From: Candidatus Paceibacter sp.
Lineage (GTDB): Bacteria; Patescibacteriota; Patescibacteriia; Magasanikbacterales; UBA922
Direction of reading: 5' to 3'
Length of the DNA stretch: 64,000 nucleotides
NCBI GenBank assembly: GCA_020725175.1
Contig: DYFM01000001.1
Span: 1,504-65,503, forward strand
The translations under genes were made by a program, and so were the position numbers. This document shows, one piece after another, positions 37,020 through 45,620 of this stretch (its first letter is position 1; each line of letters opens with the position of its first letter). A model generated the notes under the pieces. That model saw nothing but the letters and a program-made list of their open reading frames with translations. It searched no databases and was not told where the DNA came from.

Positions 37020-38459
37020 TTACCGTTTCTGTTTTCTCAACTTCATAATCACCGGCGTACCAGTCAGATCAAATTGTTCTCTTAGTCTATTTTCGAGAAA
37101 GTGGAGATATGAGCGGTGGAGCGATGTGCGATATTTGATAAACAGTTCAATGACCGGGGGAGCAGTGCCGAGTTGGCGGATACCAAGAATTTCCGGGAAA
37201 CGAGTTCCTTTGCCTCGAGCCGGGCGGTGCTGGGAGACGGATTGTTTCAAAAAGAACTCAAGTGTTTTCACCGGAATCACCAGGTGACGCGCTTGCCACA
37301 CTTGCATGATGACTGGAAAAATTTGATGTACGCGATACCCGGTAAGACCACTCACAAATAAGACTTCCGCAAAGGAAAGGTGGGGAAATTCCGCCATAAT
37401 CATGCGCTTTACTTCATTTCTTCTGGTGTCACTGTTATCATCGGTCAAATCCCACTTGTTGATAAGGATAATGACACTTTTGGCACGTTTTTCGAGTAAG
37501 CCGCCGAGTTGTTTATCTTGACTTGAGATAGGTTCATTGCCATCGAGAACAAATAATATTATATCTGAGGCTTCAATGGATTGAATACTTTTACTAATTC
37601 CAATCTGTTCCAATCCTTCGCCAACTTTGGCTTTGCGACGAATACCGGCGGTGTCAACAAACTGAATTGCTTGTTGCTTTGTTTCTTCGCCCTCTTCGTA
37701 TTCATAGGTCATGAGCGTGTCAAATGGTTCGCGCGTGGTATGGGGCATGTCACTCACGATGACCCGATCTTCACCAATAAGTTTATTAAACAATGAAGAC
37801 TTACCAACATTTGGTTTTCCGATTAAACTGATATTGATGGTTCGGTTAAGATTACGAAAATCTTCCGGTTCAATTATTTCTTCTTCATCGGGAAACACTT
37901 CTTCTATTTCTTCACTTTGTGGTTTTTTACCAACTGTCTCCAGTATTCTGTATATCTTATCCAAAAGATCTCCCAAATTTTTTCCACTCGCCGCGGCAAT
38001 TAAAAATGGTGCGCCAAGTCCGAGCTTCATCCATTCATTGACTTCAAACTGTTGGGTAACTCTGGCATTATCCAACTTGTTTGCGATAAGGAGTATTGGC
38101 TTCGATGATTTTCTGAGACGCTTGGCCAGTTCTATTTCTTGTGGGAGAATACCGGCTTTTCCATCGGTAACAAACAAGATCACGTCGGCTTCTTTTACCG
38201 CTCGTTCACTTTGTTTGATAATATCTTCTTCAAGCGGTACGGTTTCATCAAACGTGAGTCCACCGGTATCGATCAGTTTTATTTCTTCTCCGCGCCATAA
38301 GACAATCCCTTCATTGCTAGTACGGGTTGTGCCAGCGACATCGGAAACAATGGCTTTATTTTCTTCAATAAGCTTGTTGAATAGTGTGGATTTTCCAACA
38401 TTGACTCTCCCGACAAGGGCGACAACAGGAAGAGAGGATTGGGTTTGGGTGCGGTTCAT
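37020..38459 (-). CDS. der: GTPase Der (EngA), tandem GTP-binding domains + KH-like domain
   Basis: VALVGRVNVGKSTLFNKL and ISLIGKPNVGKSSLFNKL G1 motifs, DTAG/DTGG G3, NKWD/NKLD G4. Confidence 0.9.
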   Translation of the reverse strand: MNRTQTQSSLPVVALVGRVNVGKSTLFNKLIEENKAIVSDVAGTTRTSNEGIVLWRGEEIKLIDTGGLTFDETVPLEEDIIKQSERAVKEADVILFVTDGKAGILPQEIELAKRLRKSSKPILLIANKLDNARVTQQFEVNEWMKLGLGAPFLIAAASGKNLGDLLDKIYRILETVGKKPQSEEIEEVFPDEEEIIEPEDFRNLNRTINISLIGKPNVGKSSLFNKLIGEDRVIVSDMPHTTREPFDTLMTYEYEEGEETKQQAIQFVDTAGIRRKAKVGEGLEQIGISKSIQSIEASDIILFVLDGNEPISSQDKQLGGLLEKRAKSVIILINKWDLTDDNSDTRRNEVKRMIMAEFPHLSFAEVLFVSGLTGYRVHQIFPVIMQVWQARHLVIPVKTLEFFLKQSVSQHRPARGKGTRFPEILGIRQLGTAPPVIELFIKYRTSLHRSYLHFLENRLREQFDLTGTPVIMKLRKQKR

Positions 38460-38511
38460 ACGGGAGGATGATTGATTCTAGAATGAGTGAGAAAATTGAT
38501 TGTGGGAGGGG

Positions 38512-39996
38512 TTATTCGCTAGTAGAGGTAGTTGAAGTTTCTTCTTCTACAATATCTTCACCGAGAATAATAAGAATATCAGTATCAGATTTGGTAATTT
38601 CGCCGGTGGGGACGGTTTGTTTAATGGGGATACGGAGCTCATTGCGAAGGGTTTGGAGAACATCTCCGGCCTGGGCATTGCTGATAAGATAGATCCCGCT
38701 CTCTGTATACGGTTTTTTTTGCGTATTGTCAACAGAGGCGACCGGTAGTCCGAGATCTTCAACTGTTTGTTTTGTCCGGGCGGCAAACCCAGGAATCCAG
38801 GTACCATTTTGAATTTCTATGGTGACTGGTGTCAAAAGAGGGGCATTTTGTGGTGGAGTATCGTCTACTACCGCCGGCTTAGTGTCAAAAACATTGGTAA
38901 ACATGTCTTTGATTTCAGTAAAATTGCCAGTACGTGGTGAAAGGATAAATGCTCCACCGGTACTGGTACCTGGAACCAAATATCCATTTGGTCCATCATC
39001 GAGGACGACCGTGATAATGTTTTTTGTATCCATCTCTTTGGCAAGACGCAGTAAGGACACCATGTCAGAAAATTGGAGGTTGGTATTGATGTGACTTTCT
39101 AGTGTGTTTAAAATGTTGTTTATCTGGACAGGATTCGCCAGTGTTCCAAATGAAAGCACTTTTTCTTTTAGTGCTAGTATGACTTTTTGTTGTCGTGCCG
39201 CTCGAGCAAAGTCTGAACCTTCGCCATTGTTTCCTTTTCGAGAACGAGCAAATTGTAGCGCGGTTTTTCCATTCATCACTTGTGGTCCTTGTTTGAATGA
39301 AACAACTTGGTACAGATGGTTGGCTGCCGGATATTCATAATCGGTAAAGGATCGCTCAACATTGACTTTTATTCCACCAATGTCATCAATTACTTTTTCA
39401 AAGCCGGCAAAATCAATGCGGGTGTAGTAGTGAATATTGATTCCAAAATTATCTTCTATGACTTTAGTAGCAAATGCTGCCCCTGCTTGTTGGGCTTTGG
39501 TTTCGCCAAAGGCATTGGCATGGTTGATTTTGTACCAACCATGACCGGCAATGTTAACTCCAAGATCACGAGGAATGGAAATCATGGCTATTTGTTCGGT
39601 GGATGGTTTGATGCTTACCACCATGATGGTATCGGTAAGAAATGGTCCGTCGTGTCCTGGTCCGCCCATTCCTAAGAGGAGAATATTGATTCGATCTTCT
39701 TCGTGTCCGGCCAACGCTTCGCTGGAACCAAAGACAAATTGTTTGATACGACTAAATACCCCTTTTGGTTTTACCGGTTCAAGCGTATCAGGGTCGTACA
39801 CAATCGGTGAGGCGGTGTCGGCCGGGTGAGAGAGGGTTTGGAATATCTTTCCACCACCAAGAATGAGAATAAAGAGTATGAAGCACAAAAAAATCACGCG
39901 GCGAAATCGTTGTGGTGGTTGTTTTGGTTCAAGAGGTGTTTTGGGAAGAAAATTTATCCGGTTTTCGTACGAAGCATCTTTCATGGAATCTTTCAT
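38512..39996 (-). CDS. LytR-CpsA-Psr (LCP) family cell-envelope phosphotransferase with LytR_C domain
   Basis: N-terminal TM; INILLLGMGGPGHDGPFLTDTIMVVSIKPSTEQIAMISIPRD is the LCP core; C-terminal ~90 aa LytR_C-like. Confidence 0.75.
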   Translation of the reverse strand: MKDSMKDASYENRINFLPKTPLEPKQPPQRFRRVIFLCFILFILILGGGKIFQTLSHPADTASPIVYDPDTLEPVKPKGVFSRIKQFVFGSSEALAGHEEDRINILLLGMGGPGHDGPFLTDTIMVVSIKPSTEQIAMISIPRDLGVNIAGHGWYKINHANAFGETKAQQAGAAFATKVIEDNFGINIHYYTRIDFAGFEKVIDDIGGIKVNVERSFTDYEYPAANHLYQVVSFKQGPQVMNGKTALQFARSRKGNNGEGSDFARAARQQKVILALKEKVLSFGTLANPVQINNILNTLESHINTNLQFSDMVSLLRLAKEMDTKNIITVVLDDGPNGYLVPGTSTGGAFILSPRTGNFTEIKDMFTNVFDTKPAVVDDTPPQNAPLLTPVTIEIQNGTWIPGFAARTKQTVEDLGLPVASVDNTQKKPYTESGIYLISNAQAGDVLQTLRNELRIPIKQTVPTGEITKSDTDILIILGEDIVEEETSTTSTSE

Positions 39997-40124
39997 AATA
40001 GATATGTGATAGTATACAAGAAAAAGAGGAAACTCGCAATATCATACTGCTGTATGTGTAGCGTACCGATTGTTGTATATTTTGTCGAGAGATGGTATAC
40101 TGTGGATAGCTTTAACTACATCAT

Positions 40125-40628
40125 ATGCCACAACAAATAACTCAGGAAACCGATGTCGGAGACATTTTCTATGAATGGACGGTAAAAGAGTATGAACAGT
40201 ATGAACGCAATCGTGCGTGGTACATGTTTATGTTGACGGTAGGACTTTTGTTGGTGTTATACGGAATTTTTACGCAGAATTTTTTGTTTGTCCTTATTAT
40301 CGCGTTGGCCGGGATTATTTTGTTTATCCAAAATAAGCAAGCTCCACCATCTGTTAATGTGGCGATTACTAACGTTGGGGTGGTTCTCAATAATCGCATA
40401 TATCCATATACAGAGCTCAAAGATTTTTATCTCATCTATAATCCTCCGGAAACAAAAATGTTGTACATTGATACCAAAACAATCCTACGACCATTGCTTC
40501 GCATTCCATTGGAGAATATGAATCCACTCGATATTCGCTTTAGTTTACGAGAATTTTTACCGGAAGATCTTGAAAAAGAAACCGAGCCGTTTTTGGATGA
40601 GATGACGAGAAAATGGAGAATTCAGTAG
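40125..40628 (+). CDS. Hypothetical membrane protein (two TM helices)
   Basis: 167-aa ORF with its own terminator; no motif. Confidence 0.4.
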   Translation: MPQQITQETDVGDIFYEWTVKEYEQYERNRAWYMFMLTVGLLLVLYGIFTQNFLFVLIIALAGIILFIQNKQAPPSVNVAITNVGVVLNNRIYPYTELKDFYLIYNPPETKMLYIDTKTILRPLLRIPLENMNPLDIRFSLREFLPEDLEKETEPFLDEMTRKWRIQ

Positions 40629-40670
40629 GTTGTTTCGTAAAAAATAGCTGTATTTTTCAAGATATAGGTA

Positions 40671-40701
40671 AACCGTCCGGTATTGACGGTTTTCGTTTTT
40701 T
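40671..40701 (+). terminator. Rho-independent terminator overlapping the tRNA promoter -35
   Basis: aaccgtc-cggtatt-gacggtt hairpin then ttcgtttttt. Confidence 0.55.
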
Positions 40702-40711
40702 CGGCTATACT
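40683..40711 (+). promoter_or_regulatory. Sigma70-type promoter for tRNA-Arg: TTGACG -17 nt- TATACT
   Basis: TTGACG at 40683-40688, 17-nt spacer, TATACT at 40706-40711, 22 nt upstream of the tRNA 5' end. Confidence 0.55.
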
Positions 40712-40733
40712 ATGCTGCGTGTAAGAAATTTAG

Positions 40734-40808
40734 GCTCTCGTCGTTCAATGGATAGGACATGGGTTTGCGGAACCCAAGATCTAAGTTCGATTCTTAGCGA
40801 GAGCACCA
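40734..40808 (+). tRNA. tRNA-Arg (anticodon GCG) with encoded CCA
   Basis: GCTCTCG-TC-GTTC-AATGGATA-GGAC-A-TGGGT-TTGCGGA-ACCCA-AGAT-CTAAG-TTCGATT-CTTAG-CGAGAGC-A-CCA; 7-bp acceptor, U8, GG in D-loop, U33, purine 37, TTC in T-loop, A58. Confidence 0.75.
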
Positions 40809-41160
40809 ATAGAAGAGTCGTTTCCGCCCGAGGCGGACCCGCCTTGGGCGGGCAATGGATAGGACATGGGTTTGCGGAACCCAAGATCTAAGTTCGATTC
40901 TTAGCAGGTGCACAGTGTATAGGTGTTGGTTTGTCGGGTCATCCGACCCGATCGGGTTGAATAACCCGACGGAACCCAAGATCTAAGTTCTCCTCCCGAG
41001 GCGGATCCGTCCTGGGCGGAGATTCTTAGCAGGTGCACAGTGTATAGGTGTTGGTTTGTCGGGTCATCCGACCCGATCGGGTTGAATAACCCGACGGAAC
41101 CCAAGATCTAAGTTCTCCTCCCGAGGCGGATCCGTCCTGGGCGGAGATTCTTAGCGAGAG
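40809..41160 (+). repeat. Composite tandem array: partial tRNA-Arg copies (D-loop-to-T-arm, then anticodon-stem-to-T-arm x2), each later unit split inside the T-loop by a 30-bp GC-rich palindrome, separated by an identical 65-bp palindromic spacer; ends with a duplicate of the tRNA 3' acceptor strand
   Basis: ggaacccaagatctaagttc...gattcttagc recurs at 40770, 40877, 40972, 41097; 125-bp unit 40906-41030 is repeated exactly at 41031-41155; palindromes ccgcccgaggcggacccgccttgggcggg (40824) and tcctcccgaggcggatccgtcctgggcgga (40989, 41114); final cttagcgagagcac repeats the tRNA 3' end. Confidence 0.8.
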
Positions 41161-41164
41161 CACG

Positions 41165-41191
41165 AAAAAACTGCCAATATGGCAGTTTTTT
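41165..41191 (+). terminator. Rho-independent terminator closing the tRNA/repeat unit
   Basis: aaaaactgcc-aatat-ggcagtttttt perfect hairpin plus T6. Confidence 0.75.
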
Positions 41192-41218
41192 AAACTTGTA
41201 GTAAATGTGTGAAAGATA

Positions 41219-43196
41219 TCAACTAGTTGTTGATGAATATTTATTTTTTAACATTTTCACGAGTGCTTCGGCCGCATGTTTCGCTAGTTCTACTTTACTT
41301 ATGTTATTTTTTCTCAAATTATCATCTCCCAATGCTTCTATCATCGTGTAACAGACACCGGATGGCAGTTCTGATAAAAGCTGTCGCCAATATTTTTCAA
41401 CTGTACTACTATAACTTTCAGCAAAAAAGTTATTTCCAAAAGGAGTATTTGTCTTTTCTCCACTTATAAGAGTTACTCCATGCTGAGTAATTGTAGCTTT
41501 TGAATCATGTTTTTGAGTGCCGGAGTTTACAGCCCGTTCTGCTTTCTGGAAAATTTCAAACGCTGTTTGTTGATCTTCGATATTTACAATCGCACTGTCT
41601 GGGGTGTCATCAAGATTATCAAGTTGTGATAAGGTGCCTTTCTTGTGAAGTTCGGTGGCAATTCTTTTCGGAATAATAAAATTATTTGTGTAGAATACAT
41701 GATGCACTTTATGTTCTTGGGGATTTCCATCCTTATCAAAGGCAAACCGTGACATGTTTGGATCCATCACACGGGCATTTTTTTTGCCGGTTGTTATTGT
41801 TGTTCCTTGTATATTAGCAAACTCTTCCATCATTTTTGAGTCGGCATTTGACATGTTGCCATAGTCGCCGCGCTCTACAGGAATGGCGTACCATCCATCT
41901 TTTTTTTTTCCTCATATGAAACATATCACCGGCTACAATGCGTAAATCTACTATACTTCCGGCTTTTTTCATTCGAGTAAGTTGCTCAATCATTTCACCT
42001 TTTCCGGTGGAACTCTCTCCGGCAAATGCAAGGCCTATCCATTCTCCGCCTTTTTCTAACTGAATCTGCACACATGCTCCGTGAACAGGTAAAATAGTCT
42101 CGCCTTCCCGAAGGAGTGCTTCCGTATTCGCCATTTCGGAAATGCACTTTTTAGCGTAAGCGTGGTATCGGTGTCCTGGATCAGTATCCGTCGTCAACTT
42201 ATCAGATAAAAATCCGACATGTACTCGCTTTCCCCCTACAGGCTGGTGAGTGTAGTAGAATCTGTCATTTAAACTGTTTTCTGTAATCGTTTCGTGACTG
42301 ACTCCTAAGAAGAGAATATTGTCAAACGTCAGACCATGGAAATTTTTCGCCACCATAAATTGCTGCGAACAGGTGACAAGTTGTTCTAAAAACGTACGTT
42401 TATTAAAAATTGCTAGCGTATTTGTAACCCCAGTTCTAAGCGGTAAAGCAAGATAATCCCCCGGAACAATGGAGTCAAGTAGGGCTTTTATTTCCGGTTT
42501 ATGTTCTTCATATTTAAATCTCCCTTTTCGTTTGTTCGAGTCGGTTGTAAATATAATTTGGTTGATGAGTGGAATAACATCTGTTACGACCGGAACTTCT
42601 CTCACTATTGTGTCCAATTTTTCGTCTCCTGTTTGTATTCGTTCTTTATCTTGATCGTTAAAATGACTATACTCAATGACAAACTCATGGGTTGGATCAA
42701 GAAAAACCGATTTGTTTTCAAAGTGGAAAGGGTTTTTTTTTGTTCCTACTGCCTGTTCTATTGCACCAAACATTTGATAGAGTGACTGTTTGAGAGTGCG
42801 AAACTTTTCAATATTCTTTGTAGTTGCTTGTTCTGTGTCTTGACTTTTCATTATTCCGTAACGAATAGAGAAGGTGGTCCAGTGATTGAATAGACTCTGC
42901 AAATCTTGTCGCAATTTTGTACGATCAACCCATCGAGGTACATTTTTATTATGTATAATATCTTGTAAAATAGGCAAATTAAGTACTAAAGGTTCATAGT
43001 TTTTTTTCCACCGAGAAAAAATAGCCTTAAATTGATTACTTCCCACAATTTCTTGGGGAGATTGACACAGTTCTTCTTCGGGAGTATCTATTGGTTCTCT
43101 TGTTGGTACCGTATCGGCTGCGGTTGCTAATGCATCTTGAGATGTGATGGGTTTGTTATATTCTGGCGCTATTCCATCATTTGTTATTATGCTCAT
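41219..43196 (-). pseudogene. ~660-aa P-loop protein (resembles the PEP-carboxykinase / HprK kinase fold) split into 460-aa and 211-aa ORFs by a +1 frameshift at a poly-A10 tract (plus-strand T10 at 41890-41899)
   Basis: Deleting one A fuses the frames: ...GDMFHMRKKK|DGWYAIPVERGDYGNMSNADSK.... Motifs GLAFAGESSTGKGE, IVAGDMFHM..DGW and VHHVFYTNNFIIP parallel PEPCK GLSGTGKT / LIGDDEHGW / VSYPIYHIDNIV, from memory. Confidence 0.5.
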
Positions 43197-43411
43197 AAAG
43201 TATTTTTATTAAACATGCTACTATGATACACCTTTGTACGAATAAGTAAATGGTTTAATGGGTTTTTTGTGGATAATTTTTTTGCTTTTGTGTATCGAGT
43301 AAGTTGGTGGGGCGCGGGACATGCGTAGTGTCTGGTAAGAAGTAGAGATGTTGGGGGAGTGAGATATGGGTTAGTAGAGTTTTTTTGCTATTCCTGCTAC
43401 AATAATTCCGT

Positions 43412-45613
43412 ATGAAGCTCACCACCAAAGTCAGTCAACTAAATCGCGTGGGGGAAGTGCTTGCTCGGCGATTGAAGCATCTCGGAATTGAAACCGTAGA
43501 GGATTTGTTATTTTACTATCCATTTCGATATGAAGATTTCAGTCAAAGCGAACAGATAAAAAAATTGAAAGAAGGAGAACAGGTGACGGTACGAGGAAAG
43601 GTGGAACTTATCGCCAATAAACGGAGTCCTCGAAAAGGAAAAATTATTACCGAAGCGGTGGTGGCTGATGACGCGGATCGGTTGCGGGTGGTGTGGTTTG
43701 GTCAGCCGTTTATCGCAAAAACAATTCATGTTGGAGATACGGTTTTTTTGTCCGGAAAAGTCTCTCGAGATATGTTTGGGCTGGTCATGAAATCACCGAG
43801 TTATGAAAAAGAAAAGAAACTTGCAAAACAGCACCTTGAAGATATTTCTTCACAGCAAAAAGATGGCGATATTGAACAGACGCACACTGGAAGGTTGGTG
43901 CCGATCTATTCTTTGACTGCCGGGATCACTCAAAAACAGCTACGTTTTTTGATTAGTCAGGTAATTTCACTCTCGTCAACACTGGAAGAATGGTTGCCGG
44001 TAGAAATATTGGAAGGGGCGGACTTGATACCAATTCAGGACGCGGTGAAAGCCATTCATTTTCCCGAAGATCGGACCGATTTGCAGCAGGCAAAAAAACG
44101 GTTGAAATTTGATGAACTATTTATTCTTCAGCTTCGGGCTGAAATGATCCGTCAGTCGATCAAACGCGAAGAAGCGCCGAAACTGGTATTTCAAGAAACA
44201 TTGATCAAAGAATTTGTTCAAAGACTACCGTTTACGTTGACCAATGCACAAAAGATTGCCACCTGGGAAATTTTACAAGATATTCAAAAATCGGAACCGA
44301 TGAACCGTTTGCTCGAAGGTGATGTGGGAAGCGGAAAAACGGTGGTGGCAGCGATGTGTCTGTATAACGCGGTGTTAAACGGGTATCAGGGAGTTTTGAT
44401 GGCACCAACGGAGATACTCGCGAAACAGCATTTTGAATCTATTGTTAGTTTGTTGGGAGAAGCATGTGCTGTCGCGTTGTTGACTGGTTCTGAAACTGGA
44501 AATTGTCAGCCCAAGGCTGATCCGCCTCGGGCGGAGAAATTGGAAATTGGGGAAAAAACAAAAAAGGGGAAAAGAGCGGAATTGTTGAAGTTTGTAAAAA
44601 ACGGAACAGCGAACATTATTGTTGGTACCCATGCGTTGTTGGTGGATGAGGTGAAGTTTAAACAGTTGGGATTGGTGATTGTGGATGAGCAGCATCGTTT
44701 TGGAGTAGAACAGCGAAAAACAATCCGCGAGAAGTCCGGGGTTGGTGGAATGACACCGCATTTCTTGAGCATGACGGCGACTCCAATTCCGCGTTCATTT
44801 GCGCTGACGCTCTACGGCGATTTAGATTTATCAATTATCAATCAAATGCCGGCCAATCGAAAGCCTATTCAGACACGACTCGTTGATCCGCATCAACGGG
44901 AGAAAGCCTATGGATTTATTCGATCTCAAGTGAAAGAAGGGAGGCAGGTATTTGTGATTTGTCCGTTGATTAGCAAGGAACAAGGAACAAGGAACAAGGA
45001 ACAAGATGTTGAGCCATCGCGTTTACTATCTTTGCAGGATGAGAGAAAGACCGTGATGGAGGAATATGAAAAATTGAAAAATCATGTTTTTCCGGATTTG
45101 CGTGTGGGGTATTTGCACGGGAAAATGAAATCGGCGGAGAAAGATGTGATGATGAAGCAGTTTGCGGCCGGAGAGATTGATATTTTGGTGTCGACGTCGG
45201 TGGTTGAGGTTGGGGTAAATATTCCAAATGCCTCGGTCATGATGATTGAGGGGGCGGAGCGTTTTGGACTCGCGCAGTTGCATCAGTTTCGGGGGCGAGT
45301 AGGGCGAAGCGAGTATCAGTCGTATTGCTTTTTGTTTACCGAAAGTCAGTCGGACAGCTCGCGAGGGAGACTGGAATTTTTTGAAAAAACTCTTGATGGT
45401 TTCAAACTGGCTGAATATGATCTCAATACGCGAGGTCCCGGAGAAGTCTATGGTACGTCCCAAAGTGGCCTCATGAATTTTCGGTTGGCAAGTATGAAGG
45501 ATACTGCTATAATCAAACTGGCCCGAGATACGGCCCGGGGAATTGATTTTGAAAAATACCCGTTACTTAAGGAAAAAGTAAAAGAATGGGAGGGGAGAGT
45601 ACATTTGGAATGA
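43412..45613 (+). CDS. recG: ATP-dependent DNA helicase RecG, with two in-frame insertions (palindromic element; heptamer repeat)
   Basis: Wedge/OB N-terminus, helicase motifs GDVGSGKT (I), DEQHRFG (II), TATPIPRS, QFRGRVGR (VI). Confidence 0.9.
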   Translation: MKLTTKVSQLNRVGEVLARRLKHLGIETVEDLLFYYPFRYEDFSQSEQIKKLKEGEQVTVRGKVELIANKRSPRKGKIITEAVVADDADRLRVVWFGQPFIAKTIHVGDTVFLSGKVSRDMFGLVMKSPSYEKEKKLAKQHLEDISSQQKDGDIEQTHTGRLVPIYSLTAGITQKQLRFLISQVISLSSTLEEWLPVEILEGADLIPIQDAVKAIHFPEDRTDLQQAKKRLKFDELFILQLRAEMIRQSIKREEAPKLVFQETLIKEFVQRLPFTLTNAQKIATWEILQDIQKSEPMNRLLEGDVGSGKTVVAAMCLYNAVLNGYQGVLMAPTEILAKQHFESIVSLLGEACAVALLTGSETGNCQPKADPPRAEKLEIGEKTKKGKRAELLKFVKNGTANIIVGTHALLVDEVKFKQLGLVIVDEQHRFGVEQRKTIREKSGVGGMTPHFLSMTATPIPRSFALTLYGDLDLSIINQMPANRKPIQTRLVDPHQREKAYGFIRSQVKEGRQVFVICPLISKEQGTRNKEQDVEPSRLLSLQDERKTVMEEYEKLKNHVFPDLRVGYLHGKMKSAEKDVMMKQFAAGEIDILVSTSVVEVGVNIPNASVMMIEGAERFGLAQLHQFRGRVGRSEYQSYCFLFTESQSDSSRGRLEFFEKTLDGFKLAEYDLNTRGPGEVYGTSQSGLMNFRLASMKDTAIIKLARDTARGIDFEKYPLLKEKVKEWEGRVHLE
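44510..44536. mobile_element. GC-rich palindromic element in frame inside recG (cccaaggctgatccgcctcgggcggag); reverse complement matches the 40824 element
   Basis: rc ctccgcccgaggcggatcagccttggg vs 40821 tccgcccgaggcggacccgccttgggcggg; encodes ...CQPKADPPRAEK... in an insertion absent from typical RecG. Confidence 0.65.
44974..45005 (+). repeat. (CAAGGAA)x4 heptanucleotide tandem repeat inside recG coding sequence
   Basis: caaggaacaaggaacaaggaacaaggaacaag encoding KEQGTRNKEQ in a loop insertion. Confidence 0.9.
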
Positions 45614-45620
45614 TGTTATT

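Noticed and set aside
37711-38475. 254-aa plus-strand ORF rich in Ser/Leu
   Set aside because: Antisense shadow of der (EngA), whose two GTPase domains are unambiguous.
40740-41160. Considered whether the repeat array after tRNA-Arg is a CRISPR array
   Set aside because: The would-be spacers are identical to each other (40907-40971 = 41032-41096), and repeat spacing is irregular (107, 95, 125 nt). There is no cas gene nearby. The repeats are tRNA-derived fragments.
40734-41160. Considered tmRNA or RNase P RNA because of the tRNA-like 3' end with CCA and GC-rich helices
   Set aside because: No tmRNA tag reading frame or resume codon context. No conserved RNase P motifs (GGGAAAGTCCGGGCTCC, AGGGTGAAANGGTG). 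The 5' part is a complete ordinary tRNA cloverleaf.
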